This document shows positions 25,701 to 39,300 of a stretch of DNA of 64,000 nt, piece by piece. The position numbers were made by a program, and so were the translations under genes. The stretch is from Daphnia carinata (lineage: Eukaryota): positions 12,834,001 to 12,898,000 of the forward strand of contig NC_081331.1 in the NCBI RefSeq assembly GCF_022539665.2. The letters run 5' to 3'. The notes under the pieces are model-generated. The model was not told the origin of the DNA and did no database searches. It saw only the letters and a list, made by a program, of their open reading frames with translations. Position 1 is the first letter of the stretch. Every line of letters begins with the position of its first letter.

Positions 25701-28700
25701 AAAACGTGTGCAGTTAGAACTACGACTGTGTCACGACTGACCGGAGGGCCGACTAGCAAGTAATACAAGCAAACGGCAAGTCAGCCCTTCTGCTAAACTC
25801 TCTCTCCGTCTTGACTAGTGGCGCCACGGTGGCAACTTTCTTCAAACTCGTCCAATAACACAATATCCCCTGTGCTCACCGCCACGGCAGCTGCACGTTT
25901 TCTCACTCGCCGGAAAGAGGAAAAAAAAATACATAGAAGTATATATTTATACATGGATGAACCGCAGAGACAAAACCAACAACAGGCAAACAGCCCGAGA
26001 GAAAGAGTTGGGACGTCTTAAGTTTTTCCCTAGTCTTAGTTGACCAAACAATGGACCACCGCATTTTCTGGTGCTCCATTCGAAAAGGTAGACTGACCTA
26101 AATTTTTGGCGAATGAGCTGCGAATAATTGCCTACCATTTTGAATCTTTATTTCTTTTCTCGAGATCAACGATTTTTACAGATGAAGCTGGTAGACCCCT
26201 CCCGTAAAAGGCTACTTTGTATTAAAAAAAAACATTATTGAAACCCCATCATCGCCACTAGCACGCCTATTCTTCAGTTTCTCTTCAAGGTTGAACCGTA
26301 ACGAGCCCTTGATTGAAATTGCTTCCAGGCTTTGTCTGTGGGATAGATGACTGCGAAGAAATGGCGTCACACGAAGGCAGTCCGAAACGCCCAATTCTAC
26401 ATGTAGCATGCCTTATATGCCACCATAAAAGGAAACCGTTTGGAATAATAAAAAAAGGACATAAAGATAAGCACCAAAGTATTGATCCAGACTGTGTCGT
26501 TTTTTTTTTTATACCCCCGGCACGCAGACATTTATCGCATTGATCCGGGCGCAATGAGTACCCGTCTAAGCGAACACATCCGGATAACAGTATCCAACTG
26601 AAAATAAGTCGTCAAGAGCAACAACAAAAAACGTCATTCTAGTGTGGCATACCCCAAAAGACAAACAAACACAATAGCGAGACGAAGGGCACAACACGAA
26701 AATTCTACGAGGCAATAGGAATCAAAAGATCTTAAGGATCAGGGTCTGGTTCTTATCAACTCAATGCCTGGTTTTCTATTTGATTTATTTTTATTATTTT
26801 TTTCTCGTCTTTTACAACGCGAAAAAAAAAGACTAACAGCCTCATAAAACAATATGGTTTTTCACGACGGGAATGTTAATCAGGTTTGCGCTGATGACAT
26901 GGCATGATTAGCGAACGTAAATAGAATTCGTGAACCATCAAAAGATCAAAGGGGTCACCTTTACGACCCCCAGGTACAAAAAAAAAATGCACGGCTATTA
27001 ACGATTAGCAATCTTTTGACTGTGCACCTTTAGGAAAGATTCCAGAGCCTTGGCAACGGATGCCAAAGGTCCTTTCTATTTCCATCCACCCTCAGCGTAG
27101 TGGTGTGTGTGTGTATACTACTAGGCTCTCTCTCAACAACAACGACGGGATAGAAAGTCTTCACACAAGTGTAGAGGAAAAAGTCTGCGTACCACCAAGC
27201 CTGACCATATAAAGAATTGTTGCTCAAGAACCCAGGCTGGCAGCGCTGGTTTGGCGGAAGCTGGACCGTTTCCAAGAACGTCGATCGATGAATTCGCGCT
27301 CTTTACAACCTACATCCGTCGTTTCAAGCGAGTCAAAAATTATTCTGCCATTTCTTTGACGCACGACGCCTACCAGAAGCGCCTTCAAAAATTTCAATGC
27401 CTGCCTCGTGGAGCTCTGATTCTTATAGCCAACCAAAAAGAAACTCATTCAAAAGGAATTTATTGCCCTTCTAAAGTCGTGCGGAATTTTATTCCCATTT
27501 GAAAGAACCTCTTATCTAGCAACACTCTGGGTCATTTACAATAATTGAACATGACCTTATTTTTTTCTCGCAAGATGAAAAAACAAATAAATAAAAAGAA
27601 AAAAACCTGTTCTATACGCCATGGTCAAACTTGGCTCGATTTTTTTTTTCCTCTCATGACATTTCCATATTTTGTTTGGCCTGACTAAAATCTTTCAGAT
27701 GAAATTTATCGACCGGTCTACCCACCCGCCAAGTTAAAAAAGAATGAATGCATCCGGCTGTAGTTGGCAGAATGCGGATTCAGCCGGTGAGACTTCGCAT
27801 GAAAAATGAACCAACGCTTGCGTGGCACGCGCCATCAGACAAGAGAAAAATCCGTGGGATGTAACAACGTGACGAGACGCGTTTGTTATTGCTTAAACCC
27901 AAAACGAAACACGGGGAGTGGCACGACGTGGAAGGAATACGCACAACCTTTCGGTCTAAGCATGAGTCATCTGATAGATCAATAAAGGCATGCTCACGAT
28001 AGAAACGATTGTTTTGTTTTTACCTCGGATTGGTTGATCCATTGACGAGCCATTTCCACCGCGTTCAGTATGCGTTGGCGCAATCCGCTTTGATCCGGCA
28101 CGTTAGCCAAATCTTCCGGCAGCAAACTGGTGAAAAGAGCAAGCGGAGTATCCTTCGGATACACCTGTGACACAAAAAAGAAAATTCAATATTTATATAT
28201 TTGTTTTAATGCGCTACTAGTGCCCTACTTTAAGGGACCAGACCGCAGACTGCCCAACGGTCCCTATAACCGCCTGGCGATCTGAGAATGGCGTTGATAA
28301 CGTTACGACCACAACGAGGACATACTCGCCTTACCTGCAAAACTTCTTCCATCTGCGGGAATTTGGCGACCAAGTCGCCCAAATCAACGATCGACGATGA
28401 CGCCGAAGAGGAGCGACCAAGCAGAGCCCTCCGCCAACGCCTCCAATGGCCCCCAAGCACTCCGCTTGCTCCTCTAAGATCTTCGCAGTCATCCTCACAT
28501 CGTGAAGTCAGTGAAGACACGGCCAAACGGCGACGCCTTTCACCTATTGAGTAATCACACGGTTTACATCATCCTATTTTATTACGCAAACAGTTGGTAA
28601 ACGTGGGAACAATTATGGTTTTCAAAAATGCTGCTTGTTATCGACATTTCAACATGCGAATGGAAAATTTGTTGCAAGAAATGAAATACCTGAGCGATCT

Positions 28701-28711
28701 GGTTGAGACAT
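13798..28711 (-). CDS. MAST: Microtubule-associated Ser/Thr kinase (MAST1-4 / Drosophila drop out ortholog), longest predicted isoform: DUF1908 + AGC kinase + PDZ + Ser/Pro-rich tail
   Basis: [10 protein letters not shown] motif (23267-23179); [38 protein letters not shown] (DUF1908); kinase motifs [19 protein letters not shown] and [36 protein letters not shown]. The last exon 14148-13798 ends RTSHL*. The core (20254-13798) is very secure; linkage of the 5' exons is inferred from splice phase. Confidence 0.93.
15251..15263 (+). promoter_or_regulatory. CTCF-like motif CCACTAGGTGGCG in a MAST intron
   Basis: Close match to the CTCF core consensus CCACnAGRkGGCR. Confidence 0.45.
20499..20717 (-). 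CDS. Candidate alternative first coding exon of a short MAST isoform ([10 protein letters not shown]...HPALILLK)
   Basis: ATG-initiated 73 codons ending at a strong AAG|gtgaga donor, phase 0, compatible with the acceptor at 20254 (RDLML...). Confidence 0.62.
24899..25078 (-). CDS. Candidate alternative first coding exon of MAST ([11 protein letters not shown]...DSTTSNQ)
   Basis: ATG-initiated 60 codons ending at CAA|gtaatt, phase 0, compatible with the acceptor at 24064. Confidence 0.5.
28024..28711 (-). CDS. Distal 5' exons of MAST (28711-28690, 28543-28335, 28164-28024), encoding a SAM-like helical module
   Basis: Three exons with canonical GT-AG sites and matching phases (1,0,0) give [13 protein letters not shown]...[64 protein letters not shown]. 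The phase 0 end fits the exon starting at 24064. Confidence 0.7.
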
Positions 28712-29127
28712 GGTTTTTCTTTAATTATGATCCATGGAAGGAGTTGACACACAATATGAAAAATAATGATCAGAAGCTGGCAGACGTTTCCGCGTGAATG
28801 TGGATGACGACTGCGGGATGATAAACCACCAGCAGCAGACTGTTGGTGGACGAAATGTGTTCACGCGCAGAACACAGCGCACACCGTAATAAACACAGCT
28901 GATATCTCCAACAGCAACGTGTCAGATGCGATGCATACGTTGTTTTATTAGTTGGCTGAAATTTTGTTGCCGACAGTTCTGTCTTTAACAGAGCGTTAAG
29001 TACACCATCTCCGAGATTGGTGCTATTGGATTCTAAGCTGCGGTCGATAGTAGAATCCAGCGTTGTTGTTTTTTTTTGTCATCACTATGTGTGGCTATGC
29101 ACAACAGTTGGAGCTTGGCAACACATA

Positions 29128-29800
29128 TGGGAGGAGATCCCGTGCTTGGTAACTCATTTGCATTCTATGATTGCATGGAGTCTATAGTAGATCAAGTAAC
29201 AGTAATGAGATGAATGGCACCTCATCGGCTGAGTAGGTAGTGGATGAAAATTTCTTCAGCATTAAAAATATTTGTTCTTTCACTCGAAGTCCCATTCCCC
29301 ATTCCAGCCTTCACTGAAGACTTGCCTGTTTCAGGTCATGATGTTTGCAGAAGAAAACAAATTGTGGGCGCTGAGCAAGTAAAACACAAAGATGGTGATA
29401 AACAATATTTCCCATTTGAAAAAGGGAATAGCAGGCACAGAGAGTTTGCATCTATAGTTCTCAAAGTACTTGGTGTCTTTATTCTTGGCATGGTAGTAAG
29501 TAGACTGGAGCCATCTTTAATGGGCTCTTAGCAACTGATTTTATTTTGGATGCTAAAGTAACATTTTACTCATCACACATCCAAAATGCTTCACTATTAA
29601 TAGTGTGAAGAAAGCTCATGCCGCTTTGGCATTTACCGGATATAGATATTGTAGTAAAAACTGAAAACAAAGATAACGAGTTTTTAGATGGCTTAGATAT
29701 AGCCACACACCCAGAACTCACTGTCACGGTGTCAACCCAAAAAGTGGGACTGAACAACGTCACCTTGCGGCAAAAACTAAAAGATTTAGAGCCATTTTAG
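29128..29800 (+). pseudogene. Possible decayed or orphan gene fragment (short ORF chain with a hydrophobic segment and in-frame stops)
   Basis: ORFs 29244-29531 and 29504-29800 (the latter interrupted by TGA at 29606) look protein-like and have splice-like signals, but I could not build an intact spliced frame or recognise a family. Confidence 0.25.
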
Positions 29801-30239
29801 CAACAAGTGAAAAGATGGCAGCGGCTATACTTATAAGAAACTAGAGTACTGCATGGATGAAAAGGAAAACAAATAAAACCCTTCGAATTTTAAGTCACGG
29901 TGTTGAAGTAATTGGAAACTATATAATGTTAATATTCGCATATCAGTCTGACTCAAGATCAACGAATAATGACGTGACTGGTAGCAGTACTATCAAGTTA
30001 CAGCTTACTGGAAGGTCGAAATCGAGCTAAAACGTTGTGGCCTCCGTGTCGTCTGCTGTTGTCTTTCATTTGTTTGTTTATTTTGATAATACGTAGTGTC
30101 TGGGCACACTTGATTGAAACTTGTTATCAAGACGATTTACACATAGATAGTTGTGATAAAAAGCCAGCCAAGTAACATCATTTGTGGCAAAATCATTTTA
30201 GTAAAGCCTTGTAGCCTTGACAGTAGTGCCTTAAGATTC

Positions 30240-33040
30240 ATGATGGAACCAGAACTAAAAGAAATTCTGAAAGATTTCCCTCATGGGCCTCTTTGCAAAT
30301 ACAGAAGCAAGGCGTCATTTAATTGGAAGGAAATGTGTTTATTGGTTCAAGGCAAGGATGCTTTGATTTTAAAAGTAGGCAAATTAACTATGCCCCTTTC
30401 TTTCACACAACTAATCATTTTACCAATAATAGCATAAGATATGGTCCACCCTCCAGAAAGACCCTCTCTTTGCCCACTCTACTTCCAAACTTACTCTAAA
30501 AGAAGCTCGTCACCTTGTCTTTCAACGGGCTCGGAAACTTGCAGAGTATGATTTTATGCCAACAAGGCATATGGTGGGAAGACCAGAACTGGTTTGAATT
30601 TTTACCCCCCAAAAATATGCAAACATTTTGTTAAAACTTTTCTTTTCTACTGAATAGTTTGACAACTATGTTATGGCTGTTGGACAGTATGAGTGGAGTG
30701 TTCTTGTGAAACTCCAATTGCTCTACAATTTTGCTATGTCAGCCCTGTACGGAATGGGATCAGAAAGACATTTTGATGATATCCAAAGACTAATGAATAA
30801 AGAGGTAGCCACCTCAGCTTGTCAACTGTAATGATAGATTTAAAACAAATCTTTTATTTTTGGGGGATGAATATATACCTCTAGATTGGAGCTTGCTTCT
30901 GCCTTACAGAAATAAGTCATGGCACAAACACGAAAGCAATGAGAACGAAAGCGACTTTTGACGTGAAGACCCAAGAGTTTGTTCTTCACACTCCGGACTT
31001 TCAGGCAGCTAAATGTTGGGCAGGCAATCTAGGTAATCATTTTATTTATTTTGTATAAAATATACAATAAATAATATACTTCTCAACCAACCAACCGATC
31101 CACACAGGTGAAACTGCAACCCATGCTGTGGTTTTTGCTACGCTGTTCACACCCGATGGTGAAAATCATGGGTTACATGCCTTTTTTATCCAAATTCGCG
31201 ATACAAATACATTTGAAAATCTTCCTGGGGTAACGATCGGTGACATGGGGGAAAAACTTGGTTTAAATGGTGTTGACAATGGGTAATTATTCCAATCAAT
31301 TATACCCATTTCTTTTGCTCAAGCTGTTTTATAAAGGGTGATGCTTCTCAACCAGTACCGTGTACCACGCGTTGCGTTGCTTAATCGAACGGGAGACGTG
31401 AATGAATCTGGCACGTATATATCGCCCTTCAAAGATAAAAAGAAGCGTCTCGGTGAGTTCGTGATATCTCAAATCCTAGAGCACATCAACTAACTGATCT
31501 TTGTTTATTCTAAAATAAAGGGGCGTCGTTGGGTACGCTGTCAGCTGGACGCGTTGGCATCGCAAGCATGGCAACAGCTAACCTAATCAAAGCTATTACT
31601 ATAGGAATTCGCTACTCCGCTGTCCGGCAACAATTTGGGCCGGAAGACGGTAGCAATTCAGAGTTACCTGTAATAGAATATCAATTGCAGGTAATGTTTT
31701 GTGAAATGGTGCGCTTTATCTGCAAAAGAAATTTGTAATCTGTTCTTTTCATCATTGACAGCAATGGCGCTTATTTCCCTACCTGGTAAGTATGAAAATC
31801 TAATCACGTTATTACAGATTGAATGACTGAATCGTTCCTTACTTTATCAGGGAGCTGCCTATGTCTTGCTCCAGTTTACCCGTACGTTCCGCAAAGACTT
31901 TACTGACATGCAACGAGCTATGATGAACAAAGAAAATCCAGACCAGCTGGTATTTAAAAAAAATAAACTGCGTAATCGACTTATTAAAATATTTTACCCC
32001 TTGTATTCTCGCTACAAGGCTGCGGTAGGTGCAGAAATTCACGCCATATCGTCATCGTCCAAACCTCTGTCAGCCTGGTTGGCTCAAAATGGAGTTCAGG
32101 AATGTCGAGAGGCCTGCGGAGGTCATGGATATCTAGCGGGTACATAGTCTCCTTTAAATCAGTTAACCATTGGACGTGTAGTTATTGGTTTTCACAGCTA
32201 GTGGACTGGGAAACATACGCGAGGACAACGATGCCAATTGCACCTATGAAGGTGACAATAACGTGTTGCTCCAACAGACAGCAAATTGGCTTTTAAACCT
32301 TTGGTCACTGGTCCAGCGTCGCCAGAGTATCGCTCCTTACACCCCACTCGGTTCTGCTACCTATCTGGACTCTGCTGAATCAATTCTGAAATCTAAATGT
32401 AATTTAAATACTCCGCACCAATGGTTTGAACCCCAAGGTAATCCATAGCTTAATTCAATTATTTCAGCACGATCTGATCATCACCATCTGTTTAGCTTTA
32501 TTGGATGCCTACCAGTTCGTCGTTTGCCATCTACTTCGTTCAACGGCGGCCAGGATCCAGCAATTAATGGGACAAAAGCTCGATGCTTTTACTGCCAAAA
32601 ATCAAGCGCAAGCATATTACTATCGCCCTCTGAGCATCGCCTATTGTGAAGCTCTGTTCTTGATCAGAATGTTGAGGCTGCTAAACGATCCAAACATCCC
32701 CGAGCCGTTGAGGGCTGTATTGAAATTGCTAACTGCCTTGTTCGGTGCAACAAATTTGATGAAAAACATATCAGCCCTTACCCAAGGAGGATATTTCCAG
32801 CCTAACACAAGCGCAGCTCTGGAAGCGGCTATAGAGCAGTTATGCGAACGACTGAAACCTGAAGCCGTCGCCCTAGTCGACGCCATCGCGCCATCAGACT
32901 TTGCTCTTAATTCTGCACTAGGACATTCCGACGGCCAAGTTTATCGCCATTTAGAAGAATCTATGGCATCCAGTATGAAGGCGCGTCCTGATTGGTGGCA
33001 GTTGGTTGTTACACCTCCGATGAAAGCTTCTCATTTGTGA
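30240..33040 (+). CDS. ACOX3: Peroxisomal acyl-CoA oxidase 3 (pristanoyl-CoA oxidase-like), multi-exon
   Basis: N-terminus [21 protein letters not shown]; motifs [36 protein letters not shown] and [12 protein letters not shown]; catalytic [14 protein letters not shown]-terminal PTS1-type -SHL*. Confidence 0.95.
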
Positions 33041-33335
33041 AGTAGCACATATTTTTCAGCAAATGCCCAACATATATTCAAGCAAAGTGGCAGTCTATAG
33101 CTATCCTGTTACAAAAAAAAGACACATTTATTTTATATAGGGAGGAAAAATGGTTATTACTAAAAACCAAATGCATTGTAATAAATAAGGATTAGGAATA
33201 AACAAGCACGTGCAAATAAATCTTAGATAATAACATGTTTAGTCAGAGAAGGTGGCTCTAGTTCAAGTGGTATATTATCACAGATGAAAATTGCGGCTTT
33301 TAAAAAACTTAAAATGATTTTTATTATAATTTTTT

Positions 33336-36300
33336 TCACCATGAATCATCAATGAACCACCAGAGTAAGAGGCAAGAAAGTAAGCACCACCTAAACCCAG
33401 CTGCAGGGCTTGCAGAAATTGAATTTGAAGAAGCTATAATATCGACTACTTGGTAGCGGCCTTCGCCCGGTCCCGCATTCAAATCTTCTTCCAAAGTTTG
33501 CATCCCAGTCGGACAACTCATCCAATAAGGCGCTGATAAAGATGGAGTAGGATTGACTACCTTCATCCGCCTATCATTAAACTCCCAAAAGACTTTGCCT
33601 TTGAAGAAGTATGTTTTTCCTAACGGAATCGATACTCATCGTTTAGTAGGCAGTAGACTTTTAATATTTTACATTCAAAGCTTTACCGTTTGTATGCTGG
33701 AAAACAGCATCAATATTATAGGGTACACCTTTCCACATGGACATATCTCGAGGATAGTCTAACTCCACTTTACCCGTTTCTTCATCAAATCTATGTTTCC
33801 CATAAAATTGCATGATTATCGCTATAGAACGACATTGTTAAATATTGCTTACCTCCAATACATTGTCCCACTAAAGAAATAGGTTTTTCCGTTATGGCCC
33901 CACACGAAGGCTGCATCCAATTTTTCCAGGTTGGCAGGTAAACCCAAATCGGTCAACGGAAACGGTCCACGACCTTGATCGTTGTTTGGATAAATCCAAT
34001 ACTGTTTCCCGATGAAGATGACCATCTCTCGCTGACCAGACGGCTTCTCGTAGATGGCATCAATGTGAGATAAGTTGGAGGACAAATTGTTCCAGAAACG
34101 CTCTATTTCCACCGGGTAATTGGCCTCCAAGCCATTGGGGCCGATTCTCCAGAAATACTATAAATTTATCCAATAGATTTTTATGTGGTGTTTCCATTTG
34201 TAAAGTAAAATAGAATTCATGAAAAACCTACTTTGTCTTTGAAGATAAATAGTTCACGTCTTATTATAGAGATGGCGTCGTATGAGGTATCGCATGTGCT
34301 GGGCTTACGTCCTGCGTGTGGAGGACGGGGATGGGGTTTGGGCGGATGGACGGGCTTTTTGGTCGGATGAGTGGGTTTAGTAGGAATTTCGGGTTTGTCT
34401 GGAAGTCTTGGACTACGAGTGGTTGTCGTCGTTGTAGTCGGCCGTAAAGCCGGATTAGTCACTCGGCCTTCATTTCGACTGCCTGTTAAGACCCGGAAAA
34501 TTCCAATGATGAATACGAGCGAACGATATTTATCTCGTCTTTTATCGTACCGTAAATGGCTTGAATTCCGGTAATGTCATCGGAATGGAGGGAATAGTTT
34601 CCACCCACTGACTGATAATATGGGTACATGATAGCGCCTTGTACAGATGAATGGGACAGTCCTAGCGAATGCCCAAACTCGTGAGCCGCTACGGCAAAAA
34701 AACTCAATTCTGAATCTAGTTCCACGCCAAAAAGAAAAAAAAAGGTATCTTATGTGTAAGATTGCTTTACGAAATACATTGAAAACTTACTTTGGTTGGC
34801 ATCATCTGGGACCCATGGTTCTTCATCATCGAAATGGGCATCTCCACCAAGACCAGATCCGGGGAAAAAAGCATGAGCCTGTTGAAAAATGATTGAAATA
34901 AAATCCCTTTCCATTTAAAATTAATTTTAAAAATTGTATACCAGCAGTGTTCCTTTACCATCAAACGGATAACCATCGTTATGGAATCCCCTATGATAAA
35001 AAAATAAGGTTTCCTTTAGAAATTATAGGCTTAACTGGTTCACTGATAATTAAGAAACAAGACACTGACGAATGGAACGAGACGCGGATGTCGGCGTCAT
35101 CACGGTTGACTTCGGTAAAGGTGAGTCGAGAAGCCGCTTGCCACAGGTTGAGTGCCCGTTGCACCTGGTAGCGGATGTGTCCATTTTCCATGTCGCTGGA
35201 TTTCGCTCCTCTCCGTAAACTATAAAAAAAAAAATCAAAAATTGTTTTCATTATGTCGAATTCATAATAAATTTATAAAAGTACTAAAAATAAAATCAAA
35301 TGCTTCATTCATCGTCAATAAAATAATGGTGATGTTACCCAGATGGTTCTAATGGGAATCGGTAAACAAACTAAGACCCCATTGCCAAAACACAAAAAAT
35401 CCTAACTAGAAATTAGCAACAGATGTCAAATTCGTCGCTAGTCTCCTGACATGGGCGGGTCCTGGTAATTTTCCTTGCGCGGAAACGCCCACATCCGTTC
35501 GGCAGATACGTTTCCTTTCTTGTGTTCCTGCATCTAAAGAACGCTGCCACGATAAGGCCCCCCCCAGGATACGACAGGATGGCTTCAGTAAGTCCTAACC
35601 AATCAACGATGTGTAACACTAGCGGGAAATTCGATTTTTTTACATCTATTACGAAGCAGTAGGACGCATAGGGCGAGGATGGACAAATCACGCGTAAAGA
35701 TATTCTTTTTTAAGTCTTAACAATTCGACCCCTATGTTGTCAGTCATCTGTTGCGCACAAATAAGTAGAGCTAAATAAGCGGCAATCAGGGCAGTACACC
35801 CGCTTCGATGTTTTTTTGAGTAACCTACTAATTAAGTACTCGTATACATTCAGAGCAAACTTACTTTAATAGGCAGTTAGTAATCATTCAATAGATTCAA
35901 AAATTCGAATGTTTTCATACACTGCGGAGATGTCATTCCTGGTTTTATTTTAACGGTTTAATACATTTTATTGTAAAACAATAGAAGAGTGACAAAACAG
36001 TTTGACTAGGTTTCTCTTTCTGATCACGTGAAAGAATTCAGAAAAACATTTTGGAATTCAATTTTTTTTTTTGCCAATATCATGTTACGCACCACAGCTA
36101 CATCGTAAGCGTTATTAGAATCTCGACGTTAAGTATCCAATGACCTAATGGAATGCGGGTCTTATTTTTATGGTTTCTCTATAGGCCTCTGCTTCATTTC
36201 AAGTTACATCAAAAGCATGAAAAGGTTCAACAACCGTCAAAATTTGGAACTGTGTTCTTACAAGGAAAACACAGATGTTTTGCGAGGAGAAAGAAAAAGA

Positions 36301-39300
36301 GGGGGGATTCTATTTTCAAGGGGGGAGATGTATAATAATAAAAATAAGGTTCAACGACCTGGATATCTTCAGCCCCCCACCCTGGTTGGTCAAAAATGGG
36401 TCAGAGGAAGATTGTAAAAAATTGCTAACCCCCCTCCCTCGACAGCCGGTTGCTATTGAACCCCCCCCCCTTCTCTCCCTCCTCCTCACAATTATGGAGA
36501 TTACTTCCGCTGGTCACATTTGAGCAAAACAGACTTGTTGATTAACTTCGTTTATTAAACGCCAAGTTTTTCACATTATGTTTGAAGCCAGAAAATTGTA
36601 TTTACAGTGGAGTGAAATATCACCCCTATGGAAATATTTCCATGAGTTTTCTTTTTCTTTAAGCGCTTCTTTGACCTATTCAATTCCACGTCAGAAAGCA
36701 CAAAAGACGAGAAATAAAAGGGACATAATGCTAACAGGGACCTTGGGTATGAATATCGCATAACAAACGCGTTCATGTTTCTTCGTCAACATCAAGAACG
36801 TACAATTTTCAAAGTAGGAACGTGATAACGGCGATGATTGTCTTTCGCTACTTCACTCACTCAAGGAGGTTGTGACGAAACAGAAAGTGACCAAAAATTG
36901 GCCATATTTGTTTGGAAACCACACCACAACCAAATTGAACGAGGAAAGTCGCAGAAAGTGAAACTGCCAAACCATAAAATACGAACCCATCAGATAAAAA
37001 TTTTTAAAAGAAGAAGAGTTCAAAGTTCTCCTATAAACTCTTTGAGGTTAGAGAACAGCATCCATCCCAGGGGCCGACCACCTCGCAACTGACGAGGGGC
37101 AAGAAGAAGAATAAAATAATTGCGCTCTGTGCCCGTCTCTATTTCTTTGGCCGACCAATCAGAATGCTAGTCGTTGCGTCTCCCGCCCCTTTTCTTCCAT
37201 CCACCCTCAACAAACCCTCTCAACAAAAGAAACATTCCTCACGTGTTGACTGACAGGTCAAGCAGTGACATCTGGAACCATGTCACACATTTCCATCTCC
37301 TACATGTGGTAAACCTTATCGGTAATGGCAACATTAGTTCTAATTGGATCTGATTTTTCTCAAAACCATCTCGTATGGGACAAATGGGCAAAAAAGACAA
37401 CAAAAAAAAAGGCCGATGACCTCGGGCGAAAAGTATGACCATCTTACAAGGGTGGCAGAAAAACAAAAAGGGAAAGAACCTTCGAACTGTTGGTCCAAAG
37501 TTTGAAACCCGGTGGTAGAGGGTAAAATGTGACGTAGTTTTTTTTTTAACTTTTAACACAGGACTCGGGGGTGATGAAAAGACCGTGTGGGAACAAAAAC
37601 ATCTAAGCAAGAAAGAAAAACGAGGTCATGCCTGTTGTAAATCTTACACCAGACAGAAAGTACTAAAACAAAATTTCGCGTTAAAATCAACGATATCTTC
37701 AGCCATCGCTGGTCAATTGAGCCAAACACTCATTTAGCTACAGACTATAAAAAATTCCATAACGACCGAACTGTTAAACTAGCGTGACACCCTCAACTCT
37801 ATTTGTTTCCTATTATTCAAAATGATTTCTTACGATTATTGCCCGTCAAGGTCGAAAGAAAGTCATCAAACTTAAATGAGTTCCCCGTCTATGGGCTGAT
37901 ATTCAACACATGACCCAGGCAGTTACAAAAGCCTAAAGGAGAATAAAATAACGAAAGGGTCTGCCAAAACGAACGATAGTAAAAACGTGGTGAGGCTTTT
38001 CAAGAGGGTAAGTCTTTCTTCTCAATAGAAAAAATGGAGGCAAAAATGGCTAGAAAAAAAAGGTGTCTCACCTCCATGTCAAATTGGTGTAGTGCCATCG
38101 TTGACCTTGGACAGTGTAACGTTTATTTCGCGTAGTCCTCGAAGCTTGATGTCGCAGCCTATGTCTCGTCTCGTGTTCTTCTCGGCTGCCCAGTGACCGT
38201 CTTCACAGAAAAAGAGAATCAAATTTCGTTTAAGTATTAAGCAGTGGTAACGTTGAGCGAAACGAAACGCGACTCGAATGAGAAACTTATTCAAGTGAGC
38301 AAGCACGTGCATTCGAACTGCCATCTAGTGGTCGTCTTATACACGACGTGCTAAGAATCTCAACGAAATAGTATCCGCTTGATCGCCAGTCACGTTTCGT
38401 GAAGAAAAACAGACAGAAAGAAAAGTGATAGTCATACTTTGCTCTAAAAGAGTCCGAGTTAATATCGGGCAGCCCGCAGCGTGGTTTTTTCATCAGCTCA
38501 CGTGTCGCTTCGTCAACTATCCCCGTGACAGGAATATGGGCAAATGCCTGTAAACAGCATCAATATTCATGTCATTCATAGCATGTCCTTATCTCCTGAC
38601 CGAAAGATAATTCGGAACAACAACAAATCCAACTCTTAATTTTTCTCGGTATATCCCTCCATCTCCCTTCTTGTAAAGGAAGCTGACAATCAGAAAAACA
38701 ATGCGTTCGTTGATGTGTAACAACGTAAATCGACGGTAGATCAACAATCGGTGAGGAATGGGAGAAAATATCATCATTCCTCTTTTTTTTTCTTAATGCA
38801 AACGAAGTGAAGCTTTGAGATGCAAGGCTGAACAGCTTGACATCAATATCATCTGATGGATGGGCCTGTTAACAGCTTCGGAATGTATCTATCTAAATTC
38901 TAGTGTTGATCCTCGCATTTAAAAAGGAAACCAAATAAATGAAAAACCCGAGAAGAGTTGGCCCTGGTAATTTGATTTTAAAGAAATTTTCATATAGGAA
39001 ACATTTTATGTTCAGTTGCTTTAAAAAGAATTTCAACACAGTTGGATCACCCATTGGGCCATACCTGCATGGTTTTGATGGCATCCCTGACCTGGTCTTC
39101 CGTCCGTAAATTTCCAGTTTCTAAATCCGACTGTGGTAAGTAGCCGAAGCTCATCAAAAACATCAGCTGTAAAAAAAAAGAAGATTAATTTAGTTAAATT
39201 TTAATAAGCATACATACATCAAACTATTTTTAGGTTCATCCTATTCAACTATAAATTTAAACCCTTCTGTTTTGCTTTCAGTTATTACTTGGGAATTCGC

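Noticed and set aside
25947..27502. Further ORFs in the MAST 5' introns as additional first exons
   Set aside because: The donors are weak (e.g. CAT|gtataa) and the peptides are not protein-like, so they cannot be supported without transcripts.
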